DNA of 64,000 bases from Polyangia bacterium (GCA_050287845.1 JBNKCR010000030.1:27019-91018), one strand, 5' to 3'. Numbered from the stretch's first letter, positions 19,644 to 29,389 are shown. Numbers and translations are program-made. Notes: a model not told the origin generated them from the sequence alone.

Positions 19644-20261
19644 ATGAAAAAGAACGCTATACTGTTGATAGGTCCAACCGGCAGCGGAAAAACACCTCTG
19701 GGGAATCATATTGAAAAACACGGGATTAGCGGTATTCAATTCGCTCACTTCGATTTCGGTGAACAACTCAGACAGGTCGCCGGCGGTCAGAAGAACGCCG
19801 GCCTCTCCACAGACGATATCGCCCAGCTGCAAACGATTCTGCAAACCGGCGCGCTTCTGGAAAAAGAGACGTTTTATCTGGCGGAACAAATCATTTCGCA
19901 CTTCAATTCAAGCACCAGCGCGCAGGCGATTGTGCTGAACGGTCTACCCAGGCATATCGAACAGGCCCGGGATATATCTCTGTGGTTCGACATCCGGTTT
20001 GTCATTCGTTTAAGATGTGATGCCCGGACCGTCATTGAACGCATCCAATCCAATTCCGGAAACGACCGGACCCATCGAGTGGATGATGAACTGACACTGG
20101 TACAGAAGAAGCTGACCATTTTCGAAACCCGCACGGCGCCGCTTTGCGAATGGTTTTCATCGAATCATATTCCGGTATTTGACGTCGTTATTGAAAAGGA
20201 AACATCACCAGCGGATATCCTTCAATTGTTCGAAAAAATATCATTGACACTTCCTTTCTGA
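19644..20261 (+). CDS. Nucleoside monophosphate (adenylate-like) kinase
   Basis: P-loop GPTGSGKT, G..LR, LNGLPR and R.DD motifs. Confidence 0.8.
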   Translation: MKKNAILLIGPTGSGKTPLGNHIEKHGISGIQFAHFDFGEQLRQVAGGQKNAGLSTDDIAQLQTILQTGALLEKETFYLAEQIISHFNSSTSAQAIVLNGLPRHIEQARDISLWFDIRFVIRLRCDARTVIERIQSNSGNDRTHRVDDELTLVQKKLTIFETRTAPLCEWFSSNHIPVFDVVIEKETSPADILQLFEKISLTLPF

Positions 20262-20286
20262 TACCTGTTCTTTTTAGAAGTCTTAC

Positions 20287-20316
20287 TTGTAAAAACGGCT
20301 TTTTCACCTGTATAAT
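20287..20316 (+). promoter_or_regulatory. Sigma70-type promoter upstream of the KH protein gene
   Basis: TTGTAA-18 nt-TATAAT. Confidence 0.5.
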
Positions 20317-20413
20317 TCGAGAATGTCCAATAGAAAGTGGAACCGGTTGAAAACCGACTTCTCTTGTTCGATTGTTTTTTGCACGCCGGCACCGCCGGAG
20401 ACTGAGGTGAATC

Positions 20414-20650
20414 ATGGAGTTGAAAGAATTAGTTGAAGTGATTGCGAAAGCGTTGGTAGATGAACCCGATACCGTAGATGTGAAAGAAGTGGATGGAGAC
20501 AAGTCAACTGTCATAGAATTGCGGGTGTCCACGAAATGTCTCGGCAACATCATTGGAAAGAAAGGTCGCAACATTCAATCTATCCGAACAATCGTAAATG
20601 CCGCTGCCGCGAAACTCAACAAACGAGTCATGCTGGACGTCATTGAATAG
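20414..20650 (+). CDS. khpA: KH-domain RNA-binding protein (KhpA/YlqC family)
   Basis: KELVE.IAKALVD.P..V, G.IIGKKGR...SIRTIV; GAGGTG RBS. Confidence 0.9.
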   Translation: MELKELVEVIAKALVDEPDTVDVKEVDGDKSTVIELRVSTKCLGNIIGKKGRNIQSIRTIVNAAAAKLNKRVMLDVIE

Positions 20651-20793
20651 CAGCTTCAACCTCAGTAACGGTGGGGCTACAACAGTAAAAAAAACAAGCA
20701 AGTACAGAAGAATTCTTTTTGGAAAAGAATTTGAAATTTTTTTTTTTAAGTGCAATACTTTTTTCTAAGTGAATACACTGGTGTATTCACGGA

Positions 20794-20849
20794 GCCTCCT
20801 ATCCCTGTTTGACATGGCTGACTTTTTTAGGGTAGGAGGCCTTTTTTTT
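20794..20849 (+). terminator. Long-loop hairpin with U-tract (terminator, or 3' end of a small RNA)
   Basis: GCCTCCTATCCCT...AGGGTAGGAGGC followed by C and T8. Confidence 0.6.
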
Positions 20850-21040
20850 GCGCGCATTCCAATTTTAATCCATCAGCAATGGGCCAGTATTCATGCGGGT
20901 GAGCGGTACGCAATCACCGCAGGCGAACACCGCATCATTCAAAAAATTCAACAACGTATTCTGCCACTTTCAAGGTCACAACATTTAAAGGTAATCAACC
21001 CATGACGACGTGACAGTGTGGCGCATTCCGTCTTTGTATT

Positions 21041-22702
21041 TCAGTTGTCCAGACTGGATACAGGCACATATTCATACGCACCGGCATAGCATTCTTCCGG
21101 CGCATAAACCCGTGTTTCTCCTCGGGCATCTTTGTTCACACAATCTGCACCAACCCCTGCGGCCAAAGAGTTTTTATCCACACCGCAGGTCGAAACAAAA
21201 CCACCATTTTTCTCCGGCGGCGACAGCTCCGGGTTGGACTGGTTTATCATGGGAGTGCATAACGCACGGTCAGAAGCGGGGTTGTCCGCAAATTGAATAT
21301 TACTGCTCACACGCTGGGCTTCATCCCCCGCTAAATCGGCGCCTTCCAGAAAGGTTGCGTTGCAGCTTCTGGATGCGAAGGGATCGATGATATTGTTCAC
21401 GAATACCGTGCTGGAAATCGACAGGCCATCGGTGTTCACACTATAAATGGCGCCGTATTCTATCCCCCGGTTCTGATAGAAAGTGCTGTTTCGGATAATC
21501 GATTGGTTTCTGTCATTCTGATACAGTGCGCCACACAATCCCCGTGTCGATTCATTATTATAGAACGTACAATTCACTATCTCGAAACCGCGATCGGAAT
21601 TCACCCATACCGCCGCCGAATTGGCGGAGGAGGATGTGTTGTCCTGAAACGATGATGAACCCAGATGTAATTGTCCACCACTCATACTCAGCGCGCCGCC
21701 ACCGGAATTCCCTGTCTGATCTCCGTTTACCTGGTTGGATTCAAATTCACACTGTTCCACCATCAGGTCAACCGGTTCAGACTGTTGCGCCTTCACTGCA
21801 CTTCCGCCTTCATCTGCCCGGTTCGCGCTGAACCAATTCCCCCGGAGAACATGCATGGGTGCCACTTCCGCGTTCGCGTTCTCCATAAAAATGGCGCCCC
21901 CCTCATAGTCCACAAAGTTTCCGACAAAATAACTGTTGGTGATGTTAAACATAGTTTCATACAGAAACAGCGCGCCGCCGGAAACCGCATAGTTATCCTC
22001 AAACACCGAACGATAGATATACAGTTCCTGCAGCTGCTCCGCGTACACCGCGCCGCCGAATTTATCTTTTGCACTGTTGTGCTTGAAGACGCATTCCGAC
22101 AGAATCAGTTTCCCACCGGGCGTCTCATTCACCACGTGGATGGCCCCGCCATTTCTCCCCATCTCTCTTTGGGCATTGACAAAGGTCATCCGCTCAATGG
22201 CCACATCGGTTTCTTCTCCGATAATGAAAATCGGATTCTCGTCACGCCCATCCAGCGCCACATCCGGTTTACGGGAATTGTTCAATGTGCCCGACACAAA
22301 AATCCGAATACCGGGGTTGATAATCAGTGGTCCGTTCAATTCAATGAGATGAAACTGATTGCCGCAATGAAACTCAATTTTCCCTTCGCCCGCACTGTTG
22401 ATGGCAGTAACCGCCTGACGCAGACTTCCTTCGTCACAGGTATCGGCGATGCCATTTCCAACTTCCTGGACCGGCAATTCTGCATACCCATCCAAATCCG
22501 GTTTGTCCCCATCGAACAGACTGTCCTGTGGCACCGGTTTATGTTTCACCACCACCACCGTTTCCTTTGTGTCCGTCTGTTCCGGTTCACCGGTATCGAT
22601 CTTCTGTCCGGTCGACAGCGCTTCAAAATGAAAGTCGCCACATGACAGAACCAGCCAGCCACACGCGATGATGAATATCCGTTTTACACATTCAACGCCC
22701 AT
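21041..22702 (-). CDS. Right-handed beta-helix (Pmp-repeat-like) lipoprotein with a choice-of-anchor-Q-like C-terminus
   Basis: Repeated F..N.A..GGA motifs; NGG...S.A.G.G..C...DARG..R....C.AGAYE; lipobox VLSC. Confidence 0.8.
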   Translation of the reverse strand: MGVECVKRIFIIACGWLVLSCGDFHFEALSTGQKIDTGEPEQTDTKETVVVVKHKPVPQDSLFDGDKPDLDGYAELPVQEVGNGIADTCDEGSLRQAVTAINSAGEGKIEFHCGNQFHLIELNGPLIINPGIRIFVSGTLNNSRKPDVALDGRDENPIFIIGEETDVAIERMTFVNAQREMGRNGGAIHVVNETPGGKLILSECVFKHNSAKDKFGGAVYAEQLQELYIYRSVFEDNYAVSGGALFLYETMFNITNSYFVGNFVDYEGGAIFMENANAEVAPMHVLRGNWFSANRADEGGSAVKAQQSEPVDLMVEQCEFESNQVNGDQTGNSGGGALSMSGGQLHLGSSSFQDNTSSSANSAAVWVNSDRGFEIVNCTFYNNESTRGLCGALYQNDRNQSIIRNSTFYQNRGIEYGAIYSVNTDGLSISSTVFVNNIIDPFASRSCNATFLEGADLAGDEAQRVSSNIQFADNPASDRALCTPMINQSNPELSPPEKNGGFVSTCGVDKNSLAAGVGADCVNKDARGETRVYAPEECYAGAYEYVPVSSLDN

Positions 22703-22806
22703 ACAGTTCAGGTTACCTCAATTCGGGTTTCCTTAAAGGAAAATTTTCAAGGCACAGAAATAGAAATCACCGCAGGGATTTCTGGACTTATGCGCACGGC
22801 TGTACT

Positions 22807-23535
22807 ATGAAATGCCGAATCTTCTCGGACGCAGGCATGCATATGTTTCACAGATATTTTAAAGGCAAAAATCGTTTGGGGTTCCTTGAAGGCGTTCCCC
22901 TGGCATTTGTTTGGCGATATTGCTGTCATTCGCTCATGCTGCTGCTCAGCATTCTGGGCGAAGGGGTGCCGGCCGCCACACTGAATGATCGAATTATCTC
23001 CATCGTCCCGCTGGTCCCCACCATCGCCAGATACAACTACCACGCATGGGTGGTCCTGTATGTACCCATCGCCGCCTGGCTCTGGAAAACCGACCGCCGC
23101 CGATTCGTTGAATTTCTGTATGCCGGCGGAGTGGTCAGTCTGCTTCGGGGAATCTCCATCTTTGTGACCTCGCTTGGCCCGGTAAACGGACGGGACATCA
23201 ACGCCGGCAAACCAGTATCAGAACTGATTTCCGGCTGGCTGCAGATAATCAATCCGCTTTCCGCACTGACCACCGATGCCGCTCATCTGTATCTGACCAA
23301 AGATCTTTTTTTCTCCGGGCACACCGCGTCCACCTTTCTGCTGCTTCTATACTGCTGGAAATTCCCCCGCCTGCGCGTCACCGCGCTGGTGGCCCATGTG
23401 CTGGTTGTGGCCATCGTCTTTCTCAGTCACCTGCATTATTCCATTGATGTCATCGGTGGATGGGCCGTTACTTTCTGCGTATTCGTTGTCGCCGAACAGT
23501 TTTATGCCAAAAAGCGCCAGCCAGTCACAAAATAA
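22807..23535 (+). CDS. PAP2/sphingomyelin-synthase-like membrane phosphotransferase
   Basis: Multiple TM helices; LR...T.L, DLFFSGHT and HYSIDV motifs. Confidence 0.75.
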   Translation: MKCRIFSDAGMHMFHRYFKGKNRLGFLEGVPLAFVWRYCCHSLMLLLSILGEGVPAATLNDRIISIVPLVPTIARYNYHAWVVLYVPIAAWLWKTDRRRFVEFLYAGGVVSLLRGISIFVTSLGPVNGRDINAGKPVSELISGWLQIINPLSALTTDAAHLYLTKDLFFSGHTASTFLLLLYCWKFPRLRVTALVAHVLVVAIVFLSHLHYSIDVIGGWAVTFCVFVVAEQFYAKKRQPVTK

Positions 23536-23582
23536 TCTAAAACTGTTTGCCAACAGACCGGATTTTGTTAAAAAAATACGCC

Positions 23583-24239
23583 ATGAGAGTAAAACATTTA
23601 TTTTTATTATTGGTCGTGCCGCTGTTTCTGTCCTGCAAAGGCGGTGCATCTGAAAACACTGCAACAGAGAAATCCGACGCAGCCGCGTCGCTTCCCAGAG
23701 AGTGCCCGGACACATACACCGTCAAACTGGAAACCACCAAAGGCGACATTCTCATCGACGTACACAAGGATTGGGCACCGAAGGGGGCACAGCAATTCTG
23801 GGAGCTGGTGACCAGCGGATACTATACAGACATCGCTTTCTTCCGGGTCATCGAAGGATTCATCGCCCAGGCCGGCATTCACGGCAATCCCGATACCAAT
23901 AAAAAATGGCGCGAAAAGAAAATCGCGGATGATCCGGTAAAACAGGGCAACGCCAAAGGCACCGTCACATTTGCCATGGCCGGTCCCGGAACCCGGACCA
24001 CTCAATTTTTTGTGAACTTCAAGGACAATCACCAGCTCGACAACATGGGCTTTGCCGCATTTGGCAAAGTGCGGGACCTGAAAGTGGTCGAAGCGCTCCA
24101 CGCCGGATACGGAGAAGGCGCTCCCCGGGGCAGAGGCCCGTCCCAGATGTTGATGCAGACCAAAGGCAACGAATATCTCAAGTCGAGTTTTCCTCAGCTC
24201 GACTACATCAAAACCGCCTCCATCGTTGAGTCCAAATAG
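23583..24239 (+). CDS. Cyclophilin-type peptidyl-prolyl isomerase lipoprotein
   Basis: Lipobox FLSC; FFRVI.GF.AQ.G, FAMAGP.TRTTQFFVN and LD.MGF.AFG.V motifs. Confidence 0.92.
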   Translation: MRVKHLFLLLVVPLFLSCKGGASENTATEKSDAAASLPRECPDTYTVKLETTKGDILIDVHKDWAPKGAQQFWELVTSGYYTDIAFFRVIEGFIAQAGIHGNPDTNKKWREKKIADDPVKQGNAKGTVTFAMAGPGTRTTQFFVNFKDNHQLDNMGFAAFGKVRDLKVVEALHAGYGEGAPRGRGPSQMLMQTKGNEYLKSSFPQLDYIKTASIVESK

Positions 24240-24511
24240 TCTCAGACAACTCTGAATTCGTATTTCAGGCCAGGTTTCCCTCATCCCCCATGTGCACCCA
24301 TCCATGTGCAACCGAAGGAAGGGTCTGCGCGCACAGGCCACTCCAGGTGCACGCGTCCTGCCCACATGAAGTGCATCGACTTCCACACAAAGGCAACCGC
24401 CAGGGTACACCCACGACATTGCACAGCGATTTGATTGCCCGGTCCAGAGGAAAGTGGACGCGCTATCCGCTCTGGTGCAGTTTGAAAATGTAAGGAATTC
24501 CGACTGGGGAA

Positions 24512-26161
24512 TCAGGCGCCGAGTTTAAGGGTTTCGGTGATGGCGTCACAGATTTCGGTTGGGCCAAAATACTGAATCGCGCCGGGATACCGGTACGCCT
24601 CTTCTTTTGCCCAATGCTCGCGGTTGTCGGCGAATGCCTTGAACGCCGGTCCATTCAGGTCCACCAGTGCTTTCTGAATCACCGGTTTGTCCTGTCCATG
24701 GCGTCTTTCAATGTTCATGAGCATCGAGGTGGGGATGCCGCCCGCTTCCCAGTTTTCCACGCCGTTTTTCAGGTTGCTCACCGAAGAAATGTATCCGGTC
24801 AGATTGTTCTGCGCCAGCACTGCCGCCGAGAAGCCCAGGGAATAGGCATAGTCCGAATCAAAGTTCGACGGATGAGCGCAGCGCCCTTCATATCCGAAGA
24901 AATGATTCAGGGCTTTGAACTTCCCTTTGTATGCGTCCCGGGTTTCCATTTCTCTGGCCACCATTTCAATCAGCATTTTTTCGGTTTCAATCAGCGATAC
25001 CTGCACGTTGCCATGGGGGTCCCGGTCGAGCAGCAGCTGCGCCTGAATTCCAGGAGGCAGTTCGGCGAGCACCGCACTGCTCTGGGCCGTCAGTTTCTTT
25101 GAAATGATGGCCACTTTATCTTCCACCCTGGGGGCGGCTTCCACTTCGGCTTCAATACCCACCAGCGCATCATTGAGTTCTTTAATCAGCGCCTTCATCT
25201 CGGGAATGAACTCCACCAGACCTTCGGGAATCAGCGCGATGCCAAATTTTTTGCCGGCTCTGGCGCGAAGCTCCACCACATCCGCAATCTCCTTGACCAC
25301 CTGGGCCAGGGTCATCTGACGGGCTTCCACTTCTTCAGAAATGAGGCAGACGTTGGGGCGGGTCTGCAACGCGCACTCCAGGCCGATGTGGGAGGCGCTT
25401 CGGCCCATCAATTTAATGAAGTGCCAGTATTTCTTGGCGGAATTGGCATCCCGGGCGATGTTGCCAATGAGCGCGGCGTAGGTTTTGGCGGCGGTATCAA
25501 ACCCGAAGGGGGTTTCGATGTACTGATTTTTCAGGTCGCCATCAATGGTCTTGGGGCACCCGATGACGGAACAGGGTACGTTGTTGGTCTTGAAATATTC
25601 AGCCAGCACCGCTGCATTGGTATTGGAATCGTCACCGCCGATAATCACAATGGCATCCAGTTTGTTGGCTTTGACCACTTCAATACTGGCGTTGAACTGA
25701 TCTTCCTCTTCCAGTTTCGTCCGACCGGAACCGATGATATCGAAACCACCGGAGTTCCGGTAATCATCAATGATAGCATCATCAATTTCGATGAACTTTC
25801 CATCCACCAGTCCACCGGGACCGCCCAGGAATCCAAGGACACGGCTTTCGCTGCTGGCCGATTTCACGCCATCATAAATACCGGCAATCACGTTATGGCC
25901 ACCAGGGGCCTGTCCACCGGAGAGCACCACGCCCACCGCCAGCGGACGAACATTCGTGGCGTCACCGGATTTGAATTTCACCACCGGGGCGCCATAGGTG
26001 CCGGGAAACAGCGCCTTGATTTTTTCCTGGTCCGAAATGGACTGGGTGGCTTCGCCTTTTTCCACCACCACGCCCTTGAGACCGTTTCGCAGTGAAACCG
26101 GTGTTTTGGGAATATAATCATTGGCTCTTGCATTACAGAGTGTTGAACGAGTCAGGGGCAT
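24512..26161 (-). CDS. pfp: Pyrophosphate-dependent phosphofructokinase (long clade)
   Basis: SGGQAPGGHNVI, IGGDDSNTNAA, PKTIDGD, LMGRSASH and HFFGYEGR motifs; AGGAGG RBS. Confidence 0.95.
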   Translation of the reverse strand: MPLTRSTLCNARANDYIPKTPVSLRNGLKGVVVEKGEATQSISDQEKIKALFPGTYGAPVVKFKSGDATNVRPLAVGVVLSGGQAPGGHNVIAGIYDGVKSASSESRVLGFLGGPGGLVDGKFIEIDDAIIDDYRNSGGFDIIGSGRTKLEEEDQFNASIEVVKANKLDAIVIIGGDDSNTNAAVLAEYFKTNNVPCSVIGCPKTIDGDLKNQYIETPFGFDTAAKTYAALIGNIARDANSAKKYWHFIKLMGRSASHIGLECALQTRPNVCLISEEVEARQMTLAQVVKEIADVVELRARAGKKFGIALIPEGLVEFIPEMKALIKELNDALVGIEAEVEAAPRVEDKVAIISKKLTAQSSAVLAELPPGIQAQLLLDRDPHGNVQVSLIETEKMLIEMVAREMETRDAYKGKFKALNHFFGYEGRCAHPSNFDSDYAYSLGFSAAVLAQNNLTGYISSVSNLKNGVENWEAGGIPTSMLMNIERRHGQDKPVIQKALVDLNGPAFKAFADNREHWAKEEAYRYPGAIQYFGPTEICDAITETLKLGA

Positions 26162-26437
26162 TGGACACCTCCTCCATACTTTGAACGTTATCGGTTATTC
26201 TTTCAGTTATTGTGCTCCAGAACCTGGGTAACATTTACACTCGCATATATCGGCGAGACACACGTCCGCCAAACGGCGACGCTACTGTAAAACAATGAGT
26301 CTGAATTTCAACTTTAAAACGAAGTTTACAAAGGGCAAATCCGCCTGCGTGGCCCAAATCCCGCCGTTCCGTGCATTACCCTGCGGTTTGCCTGTTTCCC
26401 GCAATACTGCACCTTGTATCCCGGCGGAATTAATAGT

Positions 26438-27241
26438 ATGCCTTCTGTCATGATTCACATTGGAACGAGCGGATACTCATACGCCGACTGGAAAGGAACA
26501 TTCTATCCTGAATCATTACCCGCGAACCGCTTTCTGTCGTATTACGCAGAACATTTCAGCGCCGTGGAGCTCAATTTCAGCTACTATCGGATGCCTACGG
26601 CAGCGCAACTGGAAACCATGGTCAGGATAACCAACGGAAAGCTGATGTTTGCGGTGAAGGCCCATCAGGGATTCACCCATCAGCGGACACCCACCGCATC
26701 GGATTTTCAGTCTTTTTCGGATGCGCTTTCACCGCTGATGAACGCGGGCTGTCTTGGCGCCGTCCTGCTACAGTTTCCCCACTCCTTTCATCAGAATCAG
26801 CAGAACCGCAACTATATCAGCCACCTTTCAGAGCAAATGCCATTTCCCCTGGTGGCGGAGTTTCGACATGCCGACTGGGCGACCACCCCCATCTTCAACT
26901 GGCTCTCCAGACTGAATATCGGATATTGCTGTGTGGACGAGCCCGCACTGCCCGGACTCATGCCACCAACCCGCGTCTGTACATCGCGAACCGCTTATGT
27001 TCGATTTCATGGCAGAAATCACCAGAAATGGTATGCACACAATCATGCCTTTGAAAGATACGATTACAAATATCGCGCCGCCGAATTGCAGGAATGGATT
27101 GCGCCCATAACCACACTCGAAAAGCAATCCGACCGCACCCTCGTCTTTTTCAACAACCACTTTCAGGCAAAGGCTGTTGACAGCGCCAGGCAATTGTCCA
27201 ATATGCTCCATGAGTGGATGGAAATTCAACGGAAGGACTAG
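26438..27241 (+). CDS. DUF72 (YecE-like) protein
   Basis: IGTSG.SY..W.G.FYP, VELN.SYY, LLQFP.SF, EFRH..W, YVRFHGRN and FFNN motifs. Confidence 0.92.
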   Translation: MPSVMIHIGTSGYSYADWKGTFYPESLPANRFLSYYAEHFSAVELNFSYYRMPTAAQLETMVRITNGKLMFAVKAHQGFTHQRTPTASDFQSFSDALSPLMNAGCLGAVLLQFPHSFHQNQQNRNYISHLSEQMPFPLVAEFRHADWATTPIFNWLSRLNIGYCCVDEPALPGLMPPTRVCTSRTAYVRFHGRNHQKWYAHNHAFERYDYKYRAAELQEWIAPITTLEKQSDRTLVFFNNHFQAKAVDSARQLSNMLHEWMEIQRKD

Positions 27242-27245
27242 ACAT

Positions 27246-27794
27246 ATGGACTTGAAGAGTGGACCACAAAACACCGAAGAAACATTGAAGCTCGCCTTCG
27301 AGTATGCGGCGAGTCAGCAACTTTCATCCGTGGTTGTCGCCTCCACAAGCGGGGAAACCGGAGTCACGGCTTGCAGGCTCAAGCCCGACAGCATTCCCCG
27401 ATTGATCATCGTTTCACACAACACCGGTTTCCGAAGCCCCGGCGTGCAGCAGATGGCACTGGAATACAAAGAGAAGATCCTGGCTCACGGCGCCATCATC
27501 CATACCGGCACACTGGTTCTCCGCGGCATCGGCTCTGCCATTCGCAACCGCATGCATTACAGCGAAGAGCAGTTGGTCGCGGAAACCCTGCGCCTGTTCG
27601 GACAGGGTGTAAAAGTGTGTGCCGAAATGGCGGCCATGACCAGCGACGCCGGACTGGTGGGCCACGAAGACGCCGTGTTTGTTGGAGGAACCGCCCGAGG
27701 TGCCGATACTGCCGTACATATCACACCGGCGCCTTCCAATGATTTCTTCAAAATGAAGATTCGCAAAGTACTCTGCAAACCGTTTGCGTATTAG
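27246..27794 (+). CDS. Stand-alone pyruvate kinase C-terminal-like domain protein
   Basis: GP.NT..TL, VVASTSGETG, TLR.FGQG.KVC.E and GGT.RGADTA motifs. Confidence 0.85.
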   Translation: MDLKSGPQNTEETLKLAFEYAASQQLSSVVVASTSGETGVTACRLKPDSIPRLIIVSHNTGFRSPGVQQMALEYKEKILAHGAIIHTGTLVLRGIGSAIRNRMHYSEEQLVAETLRLFGQGVKVCAEMAAMTSDAGLVGHEDAVFVGGTARGADTAVHITPAPSNDFFKMKIRKVLCKPFAY

Positions 27795-27817
27795 CGGCTC
27801 TGTGAACCATCATTCCC

Positions 27818-28066
27818 ATGAACATCTGCTTTAATCGCCGCATGGTCCAATGGGTCCTATTCTATGCGGCCTGCATCCCTGCCAGCCCATCCTGTGTCGT
27901 TTCCGCCAATATACCCGGGCCCTGCCAGATTCGGATTCAGCAATGCGAAGATAATTGCAGCACTTTTTCTTTGCATCATTCCGATGCCGCATCATCCCCT
28001 CCGTCGCAAGTCAATGCTTCACAGCAGCGCCGATGTCTGGCGGATTGCAACACCATCTGCCATTGA
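27818..28066 (+). CDS. Small Cys-rich hypothetical protein
   Basis: Hydrophobic N-terminus; C-x6-C-x3-C and C-x3-C-x3-C clusters. No clear RBS. Confidence 0.35.
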   Translation: MNICFNRRMVQWVLFYAACIPASPSCVVSANIPGPCQIRIQQCEDNCSTFSLHHSDAASSPPSQVNASQQRRCLADCNTICH

Positions 28067-28156
28067 GTCTTTCCAACCCATCACCGAACCTCACATTGCC
28101 ACAAATAGCGCCTCTCCATATTGACTCAGGCCATTCACGTATCCATAATTGGGACA

Positions 28157-28408
28157 ATGAGTTCACGCATCCAAAAAGCAATAAAAACCGCTTTTACCAT
28201 TGCATTGCCTGTGCTTCTGGCAGCCGGCAATCTGTCATGCACCACGGTATCCGTCCGCCAGACAATGAAAGAGTATAGCATCATCGTGAAGCCGGGAAAA
28301 AATCTGAGGCCCCAGACCTACGAAACCGGAGAAGGCGAGACCAATTATCTCAATACCGAGCCGACCAGGGGAAATGGGCTGATGATCATCATCCGGGGAA
28401 AACTCTGA
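28157..28408 (+). CDS. Small putative lipoprotein
   Basis: Basic N-terminus, hydrophobic stretch, NLSC lipobox-like site. Confidence 0.45.
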   Translation: MSSRIQKAIKTAFTIALPVLLAAGNLSCTTVSVRQTMKEYSIIVKPGKNLRPQTYETGEGETNYLNTEPTRGNGLMIIIRGKL

Positions 28409-28445
28409 TTCAAATGGAACCAACTGAAAACGAAAGCAATATTCT

Positions 28446-28922
28446 ATGACACTCAGTAAATTAATTGGCCATCAGGCCCCTGCATTCAAATTAAAGAATC
28501 ACGAAGGCATAGAACGGACCAACCGGGACTATCTTGGAAAATGGCTTATTCTTTATTTTTATCCCAAAGACAACACCCCCGGATGCACCACCGAAGCCCT
28601 GGCGTTTACCGAATTGAAAACAGAATTTTCAAAAAGGGATGCCGTTGTTGTTGGCGTCAGTCCTGACTCTGTCGCCTCTCATCAAAAATTCACTCATAAA
28701 AAATCGCTGAACGTGGAACTACTCAGTGATACCGAGAAGAGCGCCGCGGAGGCATTCGGGGTATGGCAACTGAAAAAGATGGCCGGCAGAGAATACATGG
28801 GCGTCGTCAGAACCACGTTTGTGATCAGTCCTGACGGAATCGTGAAAGAGGTTTTCGAAAAAGTAAAAGTAAACGGTCACGTCGAAGCGGTATTCAGCCG
28901 GCTCTGTCTTCTATCAGAATGA
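28446..28922 (+). CDS. bcp: Peroxiredoxin BCP/PrxQ
   Basis: LYFYPKDNTPGCTTEA, GVSPDS..SH..F and GVVRTTF motifs. Confidence 0.93.
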   Translation: MTLSKLIGHQAPAFKLKNHEGIERTNRDYLGKWLILYFYPKDNTPGCTTEALAFTELKTEFSKRDAVVVGVSPDSVASHQKFTHKKSLNVELLSDTEKSAAEAFGVWQLKKMAGREYMGVVRTTFVISPDGIVKEVFEKVKVNGHVEAVFSRLCLLSE

Positions 28923-29317
28923 AGACCCTGAAATATTCGAGTATCGCCATTTCCGCGATCGCATCAGTGTCGTCGGCCTATCTGGTGTACAATGAGATTT
29001 TTTCCCCCCCGTTTTGCCCCCAACTTCTTGGTATACCCGCCTGTTTTCCCGTGCTGATACTATATCTCGTTACGTTGATACTCGCATTCCAGCGCAATGT
29101 GCGAAGCCACGTGATGTATTTTATCAGCGCCGGTACGGGCCTTGGCATTGCCATCTGGTTTTCAGTGCAATCCCTGAGCGGGGCTGCCCAATGTCCCACT
29201 CTTTTTTCCATCCCCATCCCGCTATGCTACGCCTCCTTTTTCACCTTTCTGATATTGATATTATTGAGGCGAATGACAACGGGAAACCGAAACAGAGAAC
29301 AATCCATTCGGCAGTGA
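28919..29317 (+). CDS. Four-TM membrane protein with two CP...C loops
   Basis: ATGA overlap with bcp; CPQLLGIPAC and CPTLFSIPIPLC. Confidence 0.65.
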   Translation: MKTLKYSSIAISAIASVSSAYLVYNEIFSPPFCPQLLGIPACFPVLILYLVTLILAFQRNVRSHVMYFISAGTGLGIAIWFSVQSLSGAAQCPTLFSIPIPLCYASFFTFLILILLRRMTTGNRNREQSIRQ

Positions 29318-29389
29318 GTTCATTGAAGTTACCCGAATTGTCGTCACACTGTAGGAGGGAAGAAGTAACGCAGTGTGCACGAGTCGGGA

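Noticed and set aside
24240..24511. Intergenic stretch with recurring TGCA/GTGCA words
   Set aside because: No regular period or constant repeat length, so not a CRISPR array; the small ORF there is unconvincing.
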